Shown: positions 27,701 to 37,774, counted from the first letter of the stretch. The stretch is 64,000 nt of DNA from an uncultured delta proteobacterium (GCA_903920005.1 CAIXKI010000158.1:6134-70133); one strand, 5' to 3'. The notes: a model not told the origin generated them from the sequence alone. Numbers and translations: made by a program.

Positions 27701-30132
27701 AGATTCCACTCAACACGCTCATCACCCTCACCGGAGTTTCCGGATCTGGAAAATCGACGATCGCAAAAGATATCCTCTACGCTGAGGGACAACGCCGATA
27801 TCTCGACTGCCTCTCACCGTATGCTCGTCAATTCATCAAGGAGCTTAAGAAGCCTCACATTGATGACATTTCAAACGTTCAACCCACTATCTGTGTCTAC
27901 CAACACACCTTTCAGCCATCGGCGCTCTCGACCGTGTCAACGATGAGCGAGGTGTACAACTTTCTTCGCCTACTTTTTGCTAAAGTAGGCATTCAGTACT
28001 GCCCAGATCACCCGACCGAATCTATCTCTCCCCTCTCCGCTGAGCAGATCGCCGCATATATTAAAGAGCATTACTCCGGGTCGATTAGACTTCTTGCTCC
28101 AGTTATCAACAACAAGAAGGGACACCACCGCTCCGTCTTCCAGAGAGCGATTGATACCGAGGTGTCAGAGGTGCGGGTTGACGGAGTTCTCGTGCCCCCC
28201 TCTCAATTCATCGAGAAGGGATTAGCGAAAACCAAGATTCACTCAATTGAGTTCTGCACAGCGCGCTTCTCGGTTAAAAATATGCCTACAGACCTCATCA
28301 CAGAAGGGGTCGGGCAGGCCCTCAGTATCGGCGGCGGTACCGTTATCGTGGTCACACCCTCCGGAGAGCGAGTATTCAGCTCCGAACGCACCTGTCGCGT
28401 ATGTCAGCGTGGGTTTTTCAAACCAGATCCAGAGGACCTCTCCTTTAATTCTCGCCGGGGTAGATGCTCTAAATGTGACGGGTACGGCACCGTTCGAGAG
28501 AAAGTATGCCCATCGTGCAACGGCACCCGCATTAACGAAATCGGACGCAACATCCGCCTTCTCGACAAAAACATCCACGAACTTACGGCCCTTTCAGCTC
28601 AAGAGCTGCAGAAAAGCCTCTCTAAATTAAGCCGTAACGCCACAATAGAAGCGATCGCCGATCCGATTATTCGAGAACTTGAAGGAAAATTAGCGACGTT
28701 AATCCATCTCGGGCTTGAGCATATCGCCCTTAACCGTGAGTGCGCGACCCTCTCGAATGGAGAGCTTCAGCGCCTACGACTTGGAACCGCGATCGGATCG
28801 CCTCTCTGTGGAGTGACGTACATCTTCGACGAGCCGAGCGCTGGCCTGCACCCAGCGGACAACAAGCGTCTTTTAGGAAAGCTGATTGAACTAAAAAATC
28901 GGGGCAATACCGTTATTCAGATCGAGCATGAGATAGATAATATCCAAGCGGCCGAACAGATCATAGACGTTGGTCCAGGCGCTGGCACGAACGGCGGCGA
29001 GATCGTATTTCAAGGCGCGGTTGAAGACGCGATTACCGCTCCTCGCTCTGTTACCGGCATCGCCCTTGCTCGCTCACTCACGATTCGAGAAACTCCCCGT
29101 AAAACGGCCCACAATCTCACCATCTCGAAGGCGAACAAGAATAACCTCAAAGACTTCTCGGCTTTAATTCCGCTTCAAAGCTTCGTCACAATCGCTGGAG
29201 TATCAGGAGCGGGCAAGAGCTCCCTTATTCACGGAATCGTTGGCGACGCTCTGGCGAGTGGATCAGACTCAAAGGGCGCGTTTCGCGGTAAGTGGGGCGC
29301 TGTGGCGACATCGCTCGACGTAGAGCGATTCCTCATGGTCGATCAACAACCGATCGGGAAGACCTCTCGCTCCACCCCGGCTTCGTACCTCGGAATCTGG
29401 GACGAAATTCGTAAGGTGTTCGCCGAAACCCTTGAAGCGAAATCTCGGGGATGGGGTCCAAGCTTCTTCTCCCATAACACGGGCAAAGGACGCTGTCCTG
29501 TCTGTAAGGGACAGGGAGAGCTGACGTTAGAGATGAGCTTCCTGGCAGAGGCAAAGGTTGAATGTGAAAGCTGCCTCGGCAGTCGATTCACTCCAGAAGC
29601 CGATACCGTGCTCTTCCGTGATTTAAGTATCAGCAAGTCCCTGCAACTAACCTTTGAAGAAGCACGTACGTTCTTTATCAACCACAGAAAGATCCATCAG
29701 ATCTGCAAACTCGCGTGCGATCTCGGTCTTGGGTATCTCACCCTCGGACAACCATCCTCAACCCTTTCTGGCGGAGAGAGTCAGAGACTGAAACTCGTCT
29801 CTGAGCTCCACCTCTCTCGCAAAGGGCACACGCTCTACATCCTCGACGAACCCACCACGGGGTTACACCGACTCGACGTGGACCTCCTTTTAAAGGGGCT
29901 GCACGGTCTTGTAGACCAGGGACACTCAGTACTCGTGATCGAACACGATGCTGATATGATCACGCAGTCCGATTGGGTGATTGAACTTGGACCTGGCGCC
30001 GGCGCTCAAGGAGGGAAGATTGTGTTCGAGGGACATCCTGAAAAACTTCTTAAAGCTAAGACCCCATGGGCGGCGGCTCTCACCGAGCGCATCGCTCTAC
30101 ATCGCGCGCTCGGAGCTCAGCGAGCCGCGTAG
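24751..30132 (+). CDS. uvrA: Excinuclease ABC subunit A, double-length (tandem-fused) UvrA
   Basis: 1793 aa with four Walker A motifs (GLSGSGKS, GVSGSGKS, GVSGSGKST, GVSGAGKS), four DEP(S/T)xGLH motifs, AEGQRRY twice and several CxxC Zn modules. Confidence 0.95.
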   Translation: MSSRSHLIIKNARENNLKEVTLEIEHDTFVGITGLSGSGKSSLAFDTIYAEGQRRYIETFSPYTRQFFDKVKRPKVDTFENVRPAIAIQQRTRIVNSRSTVGSMTDINDFLKIVWSNVATPVCPTCGLELQRWDASKLAERLQSWSSVKSDATFLIGVAVQNEKEVLERLQMLGYSRYFDKKNGALEDLEEKPPLKKNKQASIIIDRIAPSSFSLVRVRESLEQAFSLGGGAVEILEVRKRKSRPWLRIPVTGTTQPPHEGFEAHLFKNTFHCGDGEISIERPRPSLFSYNHPIGACPECNGFGKVLVIDPHKCVPDHSKTIANHAVDCWRGNAASGEFKRLLAFCKEQGISTTSPWASLTSEQQDLIFSHKSRGYVGITPWFKWLETKKYKMHVRVFLSRYRGQNDCASCGGSRLRSDALAYKIDGKTISEISSMPLKELATWFNDLQRSLRESDRLPRQLAEVFKNILSRLTYLVSLGLPYLSLDRQSRTLSGGETQRVNLVSAVGSNLISTHFVLDEPSVGLHARDTEELIKALRDLTDRGNSLTVVEHDPDCLQAADTILELGPEAGERGGNITYYGPVDSWHGLGMRPFRAADNEPSFAKKISITNARNRNLKSISVDIPLESFVCLTGVSGSGKSSLLTEVIQNAYQLHTGVVPGENTLDAKVTGFEHVRQVLLIDQTPLSKTPRANIATYTKMWDRVRDLLAKTEDAEERGLSKSSFSFNVRGGRCPTCEGAGFIREDMQFLSDVFIECESCLGMRFQATVLECRLNGKNVHEILSMTVDAAAELFEKDLLIGSVCRVLSQLGLGHITLGHPLSDLSGGEAQRLKLVPHIMEGARGTSLFLFDEPTTGLHVRDIERLIELFCYLREQGHSILCVEHNLRLVASADWIIDLGPEGGDGGGEIVKVGTPTHFVASPIGSNGRESLTARYLKQFVDQYTQRSKPPRASGTARKKKRVREIATSIRIQGAKEHNLKNINLEIPLNTLITLTGVSGSGKSTIAKDILYAEGQRRYLDCLSPYARQFIKELKKPHIDDISNVQPTICVYQHTFQPSALSTVSTMSEVYNFLRLLFAKVGIQYCPDHPTESISPLSAEQIAAYIKEHYSGSIRLLAPVINNKKGHHRSVFQRAIDTEVSEVRVDGVLVPPSQFIEKGLAKTKIHSIEFCTARFSVKNMPTDLITEGVGQALSIGGGTVIVVTPSGERVFSSERTCRVCQRGFFKPDPEDLSFNSRRGRCSKCDGYGTVREKVCPSCNGTRINEIGRNIRLLDKNIHELTALSAQELQKSLSKLSRNATIEAIADPIIRELEGKLATLIHLGLEHIALNRECATLSNGELQRLRLGTAIGSPLCGVTYIFDEPSAGLHPADNKRLLGKLIELKNRGNTVIQIEHEIDNIQAAEQIIDVGPGAGTNGGEIVFQGAVEDAITAPRSVTGIALARSLTIRETPRKTAHNLTISKANKNNLKDFSALIPLQSFVTIAGVSGAGKSSLIHGIVGDALASGSDSKGAFRGKWGAVATSLDVERFLMVDQQPIGKTSRSTPASYLGIWDEIRKVFAETLEAKSRGWGPSFFSHNTGKGRCPVCKGQGELTLEMSFLAEAKVECESCLGSRFTPEADTVLFRDLSISKSLQLTFEEARTFFINHRKIHQICKLACDLGLGYLTLGQPSSTLSGGESQRLKLVSELHLSRKGHTLYILDEPTTGLHRLDVDLLLKGLHGLVDQGHSVLVIEHDADMITQSDWVIELGPGAGAQGGKIVFEGHPEKLLKAKTPWAAALTERIALHRALGAQRAA

Positions 30133-30208
30133 CTCTCGCCGGGCGGTGAAAAAAGCAACTATAGTAAAGTAGTTGGATCGGGTGCATTAAGAGAACCTAT
30201 AAAGTCGG

Positions 30209-31882
30209 TCACCGTAGCCCCCTTTCGCACGAAAGCACCCGATCCGAAATAGGCCCGGCACAGTGATTGTCACTATATCCACCCTCCGCAATACGAATCA
30301 GTACATCCCCCACCGCTCGTAGCGGCATCTGAAACAGGAGTATGCCCTCAGAGCTCTCGTCTAAGGTAACGAGTCCAGCTGCCATACCGACACGACGAAT
30401 CTCTGCAAGTAAGTTGTCCGAAAAACCGATCGAGGTGAACCACACGAGATCATCATCGTTACCCTTATGCCTCCGCACTTCCTCGGAGATACACTCCTTG
30501 AGAGACGCGTGCCTGGTCTGCCACAACAACGGATCCACGCATGCGTCTACCTTTGCATGCGAGAGCGAGAAATGCTCAGCAGACGGACCCATGTAGAAGG
30601 TTCGAAGGCTGTCCTTTTCCATCAAGAGATAGAGCACTCCGAAGCGCGAGGTGAAGATGGTCGACGAGCGCTCACTAAGCTGGAATAACTTCTGCGAGAT
30701 CGCTTCACTCGTTGCTCGCGTCATCGAAAAATCGGGGAGCCGCGCAAACTGTGCGCCACTGAATGCGTAGACCCCCTGAACAGCTGCGACACATCCAACC
30801 ATCACACCCCTGAGATTAAAGCGTGAGATATATCCGGCAACAAAATGGGATATGGGCAAGAGGATCGCAGGCACCAAGAAACTCATGTGGCGCGGAGACG
30901 AGAGTGGATAGACCCCAATTCCGTGCGCACCGGCGGCACACGCCACGCCGAGAAGGGAAAACAACGCAATCCAGGGACACAAACGCTGAGCTCTTCTCAA
31001 GGAAATAAAATACACCACTAGACCGATCGCTCCCGACACAATCGAGCCTCGCATGGAGAATAACGAAGCTGGCATAAAGGACAGGAGATGGAAGATCCTC
31101 GTTACAACAGTATCGATGGCGTTGAATTGCGCGCATTCGCGAAAGAGCGAGGAGCCTACCAAGGCACGCCAGGCTGCAGCTCCTGTTCCGTCCGCAAACT
31201 GCACAACGTAGACACTGCCCCCTATCCCACCAAGCGCTAACAGCGAGATCGTCAGGTGCAACAACGTTCTTCGAGAATCACGTGGCTTTCCGTATACGAG
31301 GGCGGTTGCAACTACCGCCGGCGCTACGATGAATCCCGACACGTGAGAGAGCCCGGCGAGAATGAGAAATCCGTTTAGAGCCACGACGTTTCGAGTGGAA
31401 AGAGATCTCTCATGTTGGCAGATTCTACTCATTAAAAGAACGGCGAAAGCCAAGAAGAGGAGTAGGAAGACGTAGCCTCGTAGCAAGATAGAGGTATGTG
31501 CAATCGTTGGAGACAGCACGAGGAGTGACATGAGGGTCAGTGCACCTGCGGGCGATCCGCTGCGCGAAACTGCCTTGGAAAGAGTCAGTATTGTGAGCAG
31601 CCCGACCCCACAGTAGAGACTCCTGAGTACAAGCACGTTGTCAGAGAGAAAGAAGAGTCCCGCGCGGATCAACGGCTCGAGTGGTGGGTGTACCTCGAAA
31701 GTGTTCCGACGGAGAAGCTCCGACAGTGAATCGCCTCGGGCGATTGACCACACCATCAGCTCATCGGGGCCGAGCGCGTACGTGGCGATTGCACACATTT
31801 CGACGATGAGGAAGCTGACGATCAACAACGCGTATAGAAAACGATTAGTGTATACATTGTCCGCCCTCAGAACTTTCGTCAT
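30209..31882 (-). CDS. GT-C fold membrane glycosyltransferase (GT39/ArnT-like)
   Basis: The first loop carries DE....IA...HPPL, followed by ~10 TM segments, an R.Y motif and a soluble C-terminal tail. Confidence 0.62.
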   Translation of the reverse strand: MTKVLRADNVYTNRFLYALLIVSFLIVEMCAIATYALGPDELMVWSIARGDSLSELLRRNTFEVHPPLEPLIRAGLFFLSDNVLVLRSLYCGVGLLTILTLSKAVSRSGSPAGALTLMSLLVLSPTIAHTSILLRGYVFLLLFLAFAVLLMSRICQHERSLSTRNVVALNGFLILAGLSHVSGFIVAPAVVATALVYGKPRDSRRTLLHLTISLLALGGIGGSVYVVQFADGTGAAAWRALVGSSLFRECAQFNAIDTVVTRIFHLLSFMPASLFSMRGSIVSGAIGLVVYFISLRRAQRLCPWIALFSLLGVACAAGAHGIGVYPLSSPRHMSFLVPAILLPISHFVAGYISRFNLRGVMVGCVAAVQGVYAFSGAQFARLPDFSMTRATSEAISQKLFQLSERSSTIFTSRFGVLYLLMEKDSLRTFYMGPSAEHFSLSHAKVDACVDPLLWQTRHASLKECISEEVRRHKGNDDDLVWFTSIGFSDNLLAEIRRVGMAAGLVTLDESSEGILLFQMPLRAVGDVLIRIAEGGYSDNHCAGPISDRVLSCERGLR

Positions 31883-32299
31883 CTACTTCTTTCGGAGATC
31901 AGGGCCAATCGGGAGGAAGAGCGCGTCTGGGTGATATCTCAGAGGGCTCGGTTCTTTTAGCAGCAGCGCCGGGAAACAGGCAGTAACCAAGATCCAGAAA
32001 ACCGCGATCATGTTGGACGGAACAACCGCAATGAGCTTGATAGAGTAGAGATATAAAGCCCATCCCACTAAATTCAAGTAGGCAACTCCGAGGAAGCCGA
32101 TAAATTCAGGGCTATTTGGCATGACGAGCCCTGCCCTCGCTTGCGTGGAGAAAAGCATGGCGAAGGCGCCAAGCGCGCCCCAGGTCGAGGATATGCCGAT
32201 AACGAGAAAGGTGGGCAATTCCAACCGTGCCTTCTTGAGTACAGGACCGATGCCCGCATAGCAGAGGAGTGCAATGCATGCGGTTCCATACAGAATCAT
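31883..32299 (-). CDS. Small EamA/DMT-family membrane protein, possibly decaying
   Basis: 138 aa with hydrophobic helices, LY..SIK and LLLKEP. The last helix is interrupted by Pro/Asp. Its stop abuts the start of the GT gene (TAGATG). Confidence 0.55.
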   Translation of the reverse strand: MILYGTACIALLCYAGIGPVLKKARLELPTFLVIGISSTWGALGAFAMLFSTQARAGLVMPNSPEFIGFLGVAYLNLVGWALYLYSIKLIAVVPSNMIAVFWILVTACFPALLLKEPSPLRYHPDALFLPIGPDLRKK

Positions 32300-32513
32300 C
32301 TTCAGACGCTACATCACAGTTCCCCGATTAGGCAACGAACCAAACTCCCAAAGAGGCCCTTAGGGAAGCAAGGCAGGAGCTAACTCCGGCGGAGGTTCCG
32401 AACAAACCTCATCGGAGTCCTCTGAGATACTTTGACTATTTTCCCATGCCGCCAACGAAGCCGCCGGAAAACTATCGAAATGGACAACAGATATTCCTTC
32501 GTCACTACATGTA

Positions 32514-33386
32514 CTAAGTACCAGGTCGAGAATTCGGATAACCGTTTACTCGCTGACGAGTGCGGGTAGCTTTCAAGCAGACGCCGTAAATATCGCTACC
32601 ATTGCTCAACTCATAGGTGTGTTTTCCCCCACCTATCAGAGTCTTAATGCGAGCCAGTGAGAGGCCGTATCCCATATACCCAACATACTTTACGATGGGG
32701 ATGCGCTTGCGAGCGACAATGCGACCATTTTTCCACGTGACTTTGTTTACATACTCCCCGCCGTAGCTAATGGTTTGCATGAGTAAAATTGGCTCTCCCC
32801 GATACTTGCCATCCGAAGAGGGCTTCACCGAGGCTACCTTATCTCCCTTAAACGGATTTTCACGGACAGAGAGAACGATTGAAAATACTTGATCATATAA
32901 CTCAGGAGCTATCCCGGTAAGGTCCAGCTTCACCTGAGCAACATAGCGACTTGTTTTCGGGCCGCATGCGTCTTTTTGAAGGTGAAAATTTGCGCTGGCA
33001 TAGCCTTCACGCATGTCAGAACCGTACGTAAGGGTCGTGAAGCTTGGGGCCTCTTTCTTTTCAGGATAAGCACGAACAAGAAGGTCACTTACCGCCGTTG
33101 GCGAAGCGAGGGCACTTGCGGCAACTTCGCCACCAAGAGCTCCGCCTCGCGCAGTTCCGAGGATACCTTGTGGCCCCATGATATCTACGGTTACGTTATT
33201 GGAGACATTTCCCGTTGAAACGAAATACACCGAGAGGTTTTTTAAACTTCTCTCGCTTGGGCCCATCTGGATCTCGTACTGCCTACCGTCAGGAACTATC
33301 TCGTACGGCGCTAGCTCTTGTGCCTCAGCCCGCGAGACAAGCGAAAGCATAGAGAGGGCGAGAGCGGTGCAAAATCGATTCGTCAT
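32514..33386 (-). CDS. Hypothetical secreted protein
   Basis: Signal peptide ending AEA-Q and a basic beta-rich C-terminal region. Start probably ATG 33386. Confidence 0.65.
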   Translation of the reverse strand: MTNRFCTALALSMLSLVSRAEAQELAPYEIVPDGRQYEIQMGPSERSLKNLSVYFVSTGNVSNNVTVDIMGPQGILGTARGGALGGEVAASALASPTAVSDLLVRAYPEKKEAPSFTTLTYGSDMREGYASANFHLQKDACGPKTSRYVAQVKLDLTGIAPELYDQVFSIVLSVRENPFKGDKVASVKPSSDGKYRGEPILLMQTISYGGEYVNKVTWKNGRIVARKRIPIVKYVGYMGYGLSLARIKTLIGGGKHTYELSNGSDIYGVCLKATRTRQRVNGYPNSRPGT

Positions 33387-33632
33387 AAAACCTCTGTAAG
33401 AGAAGGTCATTTTTGTTTGTTATGGGAGCATTCGGTTCGGACGTGACTCTCATTTAACGCCCCCCCCTAAAAAACGGACTTCCCTCTATCGCTTCTTCAT
33501 CAATCGAAGATCGAGCGAAAGCGATGCGTGCCTAACTACTTGTTTTTCATCGCTTTTCGCGACCTTCTTTATCGCCTGAAGCAAGTTGTTGGCAGAGGGC
33601 GATAAGGGGGAAAGATTTTTGTTTTGGTTTTT

Positions 33633-33947
33633 ATGACGATTGATAACGTACACAAGATGGTAGTCGCCCTGAACAAGTTAGGGACAGCGATCGATACTGC
33701 CTCAGCATCGTTGAATCGTCACGCTCCGCACGACGAACCCCTCCTCGCGCGAGTAGCCTCATACAAAGAGATCCTTCGCCGCCAGAAAGAGCTCCTTCGC
33801 GAGCTTACATGCGCCTCTCATAACGAAGATTGGTCTGAAGTCTCCCGCCTAACCAACTTGGTCCACGGAGCGTCGCTTCTAATCAAGGTAGATGCGGGCT
33901 TCCTCGTTTCAACCCTCAGAAACTACAATTCGACCTGCCACGCCTAA
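33633..33947 (+). CDS. Hypothetical helical protein
   Basis: ~104-aa amphipathic helical ORF starting at ATG 33633. Confidence 0.6.
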   Translation: MTIDNVHKMVVALNKLGTAIDTASASLNRHAPHDEPLLARVASYKEILRRQKELLRELTCASHNEDWSEVSRLTNLVHGASLLIKVDAGFLVSTLRNYNSTCHA

Positions 33948-33998
33948 GTCATCGTACATTGAAGGGGCGCATGTTCCGGAGTAACCTCTCCCCTTGAG

Positions 33999-36074
33999 GT
34001 GACTACACAACGCACGCAATTCTTCTCCCTACTCCTCGCAGCTCTTCTGGTGCTCGGATCTCTATGCGCGCTACACCCGCAATTCTTGACCCTCATCTCA
34101 TCCCATTTTATCGGAGGGGCGTTGGGGGATGGTGGACTCTATGTTTGGCTAGCCTCTTCGTTCCACGCCGACCCACAATCCGCGCTCGCTTTTGAAACTA
34201 ACGCATTCTATCCCTATCCACGTACTCGAGCGTGGAGCGACCTCTTCTTTCTTCCCTCCGCTATAATCCACGTGCTCATATATGCGGGGCTATCGCTAGA
34301 AACCTCCTACAACATCACCGCGCTCGGAGCGATGGCGTGCAATGGAATCGGACTTTTCGTGCTCTGTCGAACATTAGCGTGCGCTTGGCTCTCCTCACTG
34401 TGCGCGGCGATCCTTTTTGCAAACTGTTCATATCTTGTTGGTAACCTTGGGCACCCTCAATTAATTCACATTTTTTGGATTCCTCTTACGTGGAGTCTAC
34501 TGCTCTCAGAGCGCCGATCCCTTCGAGAGTGGCTCCTAGCGGGAGTATGCGTAACCGGAGCGTTCTACTCCTCTGTCTACTACGCTGTATTCGCGGCGAC
34601 CGGGATCGGAGTCATCTCGATCCTCCAACTCACCTCTCGACAACGCTCTCTCCGGGAGATCCTACAAGGCTCGTTCGCGGCCGGTATTGGAATGCTGCCT
34701 ATATCGTATGCGCTTCCAGCCTACTTAGCGGTAAAGGAGACCTTCGGTTCTCGAGGGCTTCATGAAGCAGAAGCCTTTGCAGCCTCGGGGCTATCGTACC
34801 TGGCGTTCTCCTCTTTTCATCCACGATTCGGAGCCACCTCCGCGTGGACACACGGAGAGGCGACGCTCTGCATAGGATACTTCACCATGTTCGTACTTAT
34901 GGTGGGGCTTTGTAGGCTGTGTCGCCCATGGATAGCGTGGCCGCGCCTCATGCTTGCCTCAAGCGTTCTTACTCTTGGAGTATCGTCATCGCTCGTCGAC
35001 AAATCCACTACAACTGAGTGGATAACGAATATATCCGCATGGCTCACGTTACTTTTTGCGGTCCTGATCTGGCTCCGAGCTCCCTCTTCAAAAACAATCT
35101 TATTCGCACTCGGATCTCTCTTCTTTGTACTCTCATTTGGGCCGGGAGGAAGCCTTCATAAAAACGAACCTGCCTTCGCTCCATTGGCGCTCATGTACGC
35201 GATCGTTCCCGGATTCGATGTGATTCGAGCCACCGGCCGATGTGGTTCAATCGTTATCATCGGCGCGTTTGTATGCCTCGCGTGGATCTTTACAGCGTTG
35301 GAGAAAAGCGCCCTTCGCTCTCGCTACGCTCTTATCGCCTCACTGTGCGCTGCCATCGCGTTTGAGAATTTCATCCCCAACCCTCCACTCGATCCGGCGT
35401 CACTCCCGCCTCTTGCCTTCAGCGCCCTGAGTAAGCAGATCTCGCCCAAGGAAGCCGTCCTCTTTCTTCCGTTCTCAAATTCGGTGGATCGCGGCCGCAT
35501 CCAGAGCTGGTCAGACTTCGCGATCCTAAATACCCAATACGCCCAATGGACAGCGCCGCTCAACATAAAGACGGTGAATGGCTACAGCGGACAGCGATCA
35601 AAGATCATCAATGAGCTTCCGGTCGCTCTTGCTCAATTCCCCTCCGGCGACTGGCCCGATTTTCTGGGTCGTATCTGCGGAGCCTCGTGGATTATAGTTA
35701 CCCCCTTATGGTCCCCTCGGCTCACAGGCGCCCCTCTTCCCGATGGAATCGCACTTATCGAAAGGTTCCCTGACGGGAGCGCACTTCTTAAAGTATCGAG
35801 ACCCATTACCGTCACCCCAGAGACCTCCGCCCCGATCTTTGCTCCCCGCAACAGCCCGCTCTCGTTCGTAAGAGCCAATCCCTTTTGTCCGGTGACGCTA
35901 TCGAGCCTCGAGCGATCCAAGGGAGAGGTCCTTCAGTCCCCACCCTTATCAACGACCAGCTCAAACGATGGGTCGAGACTACTCCTCGGAGAGACCCATT
36001 CCCCATTGAGCACACCCCTCCTCCTTGTTGCCCACTCAGAGTCATGCGCCACCACAATTCGGTGCGAACCGTAA
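33999..36074 (+). CDS. Polytopic membrane protein, probable GT-C glycosyltransferase
   Basis: GD....VW...N.FYP...AWSD first loop, HPQL, many TM helices, PGFD.IR..GR and VNGYSG, a pattern seen in uncharacterised GT-C/YfhO-like proteins. Confidence 0.6.
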   Translation: MTTQRTQFFSLLLAALLVLGSLCALHPQFLTLISSHFIGGALGDGGLYVWLASSFHADPQSALAFETNAFYPYPRTRAWSDLFFLPSAIIHVLIYAGLSLETSYNITALGAMACNGIGLFVLCRTLACAWLSSLCAAILFANCSYLVGNLGHPQLIHIFWIPLTWSLLLSERRSLREWLLAGVCVTGAFYSSVYYAVFAATGIGVISILQLTSRQRSLREILQGSFAAGIGMLPISYALPAYLAVKETFGSRGLHEAEAFAASGLSYLAFSSFHPRFGATSAWTHGEATLCIGYFTMFVLMVGLCRLCRPWIAWPRLMLASSVLTLGVSSSLVDKSTTTEWITNISAWLTLLFAVLIWLRAPSSKTILFALGSLFFVLSFGPGGSLHKNEPAFAPLALMYAIVPGFDVIRATGRCGSIVIIGAFVCLAWIFTALEKSALRSRYALIASLCAAIAFENFIPNPPLDPASLPPLAFSALSKQISPKEAVLFLPFSNSVDRGRIQSWSDFAILNTQYAQWTAPLNIKTVNGYSGQRSKIINELPVALAQFPSGDWPDFLGRICGASWIIVTPLWSPRLTGAPLPDGIALIERFPDGSALLKVSRPITVTPETSAPIFAPRNSPLSFVRANPFCPVTLSSLERSKGEVLQSPPLSTTSSNDGSRLLLGETHSPLSTPLLLVAHSESCATTIRCEP

Positions 36075-36119
36075 CCTTGTGGGTTGATAGTTTGCCGGGG
36101 TACTGGTAAACCGACCGAT

Positions 36120-36551
36120 ATGCGGAACTACCTATTCCTGCCCTCTCTGCTCTTATGCGTTGTTCTCTCCTATCTTCCAACGTACGGGACGGTCGAGGCA
36201 GAGGATTCCGGCAATGCGCTCATCCCTGGACAAGCGCAAATGATCACCATATCTGACGGGGGCATTGAGCCCCTTAACCTTATTCTTAAGAAAGAGGACG
36301 CGCTCGCCTTATTCCTTAACGACTCCAAAGATTCCCTTATCACGTTGGACCTCGTCTACGAAAAGCGCGCGGCTCACTGCTCCTCCTCGAATCTCGCAAT
36401 CGGTGAAGACGGAGTAATTCGCTCAAAAGAGCCGATTCCGCCGAAGGACTTCGCGAGCACCTGTTTTCACGATCCCGGATCCTACGCCTTCACAATTTAT
36501 GGACTTAAGGGATCGCCTGCGGGGATAAAGGGTTCGATCACTGTTGAATAA
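36120..36551 (+). CDS. Secreted cupredoxin-like-fold protein
   Basis: Signal peptide and I.DGGIEP..L.L....LFLN...F..PGSY.F.....G.I.V beta pattern. Type-1 Cu ligands are not evident. Confidence 0.5.
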   Translation: MRNYLFLPSLLLCVVLSYLPTYGTVEAEDSGNALIPGQAQMITISDGGIEPLNLILKKEDALALFLNDSKDSLITLDLVYEKRAAHCSSSNLAIGEDGVIRSKEPIPPKDFASTCFHDPGSYAFTIYGLKGSPAGIKGSITVE

Positions 36552-36592
36552 TCCGACTCGGCTAGGCCTCGAGTTCTGGAGGAGAGGAGAAT

Positions 36593-37771
36593 ATGGTGCC
36601 GTGTCGTCGTAGATCTGAAGCATTCGCGTCCCTAACGCTACTCGCGCTACTAACAGTCGGCTGCGGTCCCACGCTAAAATCTTCCCTTCCGGTGGGAGCC
36701 TCCCTTCCGGCTACGATCGCGGTACTTCCGTCAGACTATTCTGTCGATATCCCAAGAGAGCGCATAGACCTCGTACATGCTGCTGTCGTTCGTGAACTTC
36801 GAAATCAAAACTTCGTCGTTGTTGAAGATAGAGTGGTCGAGTCGATCTGCTCTACCCCAGCGTGCCCCGAGAAGAGCCGGCTCGGCCAGGACTATCTCGT
36901 TGACGCCTTTGCGACAGTATCACTCTCCTCCTTCTCAAAGAGCAATTTCGTCGCCGGTTATTATAACCAGCTTCAAGGCGAGCTGCTTATCACTGACAAG
37001 AACGGGAGGGAGCTTGTACGAGTTGATCACACAGAAAAAGAATCCGGAGGGCTCCTCCTCCAGTCAGGCCAGGTTTTCCAGGCGATTATTTCAACCGTTA
37101 AGAATAGCGGAGATCGCGTATTTGAGAATCTCGCGCAGCGATTCGCCAAGACCGTCATCGAACAACTCCCCGCGCACCAAGCACCTTCGCCTGCTAGGAC
37201 AACCGAGGGGCTTGAAATAGCACTCAGCTCGGCGTCCGTGCAGTGGGACTCTTCCGCCTCATACACCGTGTGCGCGCAAGGGACTCCGCACTCATTCGCC
37301 TATCTTCTGACTGGCACTACCCGTTCACAGCTTCGCGAGGTCTCTCCGGGTAAATACTGCAGCAAATTCTCGCCTCTCGTCACCTCCCCAACGCGCGGGA
37401 TTGAGGCGGTAGAGCTTCGTACTGCCTTTGGCAATTCCCTTAGGAAGGAGATAGATCTTCCGTCCGACCCTCCTTGTGAACTGAAAAATAGGCTCGCTCG
37501 TTCAACGAAGGCAAAGGTTGACGTGCTTTGTTCTCGCATCGGCTCAGATCCCTCGAATGAGGCCAACGGATGCACATCTACGATGACTCGATGCGACGCT
37601 GACCGAATTGTACTCTATGAAGCTCCCTCCCTAAGCGGACCCTATAAGAAGATCTCCGAACTGAGATCCTCCTCACTTCCCGCCCCTCAAGGTCAGGCGG
37701 TGGTTACAGCTCTTGCCGTTGGGGTCGGCGGAGTGCCCTCGCAACCAGAACCGCTTCCTACAGAGAAATAA
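36593..37771 (+). CDS. Lipoprotein, GNA1162/DUF799-like N-terminal domain, Cys-rich C-terminus
   Basis: Lipobox LTVGC, P.TIAVLP, 'LGQDYLVDA' alpha/beta domain. Confidence 0.6.
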   Translation: MVPCRRRSEAFASLTLLALLTVGCGPTLKSSLPVGASLPATIAVLPSDYSVDIPRERIDLVHAAVVRELRNQNFVVVEDRVVESICSTPACPEKSRLGQDYLVDAFATVSLSSFSKSNFVAGYYNQLQGELLITDKNGRELVRVDHTEKESGGLLLQSGQVFQAIISTVKNSGDRVFENLAQRFAKTVIEQLPAHQAPSPARTTEGLEIALSSASVQWDSSASYTVCAQGTPHSFAYLLTGTTRSQLREVSPGKYCSKFSPLVTSPTRGIEAVELRTAFGNSLRKEIDLPSDPPCELKNRLARSTKAKVDVLCSRIGSDPSNEANGCTSTMTRCDADRIVLYEAPSLSGPYKKISELRSSSLPAPQGQAVVTALAVGVGGVPSQPEPLPTEK

Positions 37772-37774
37772 AGT

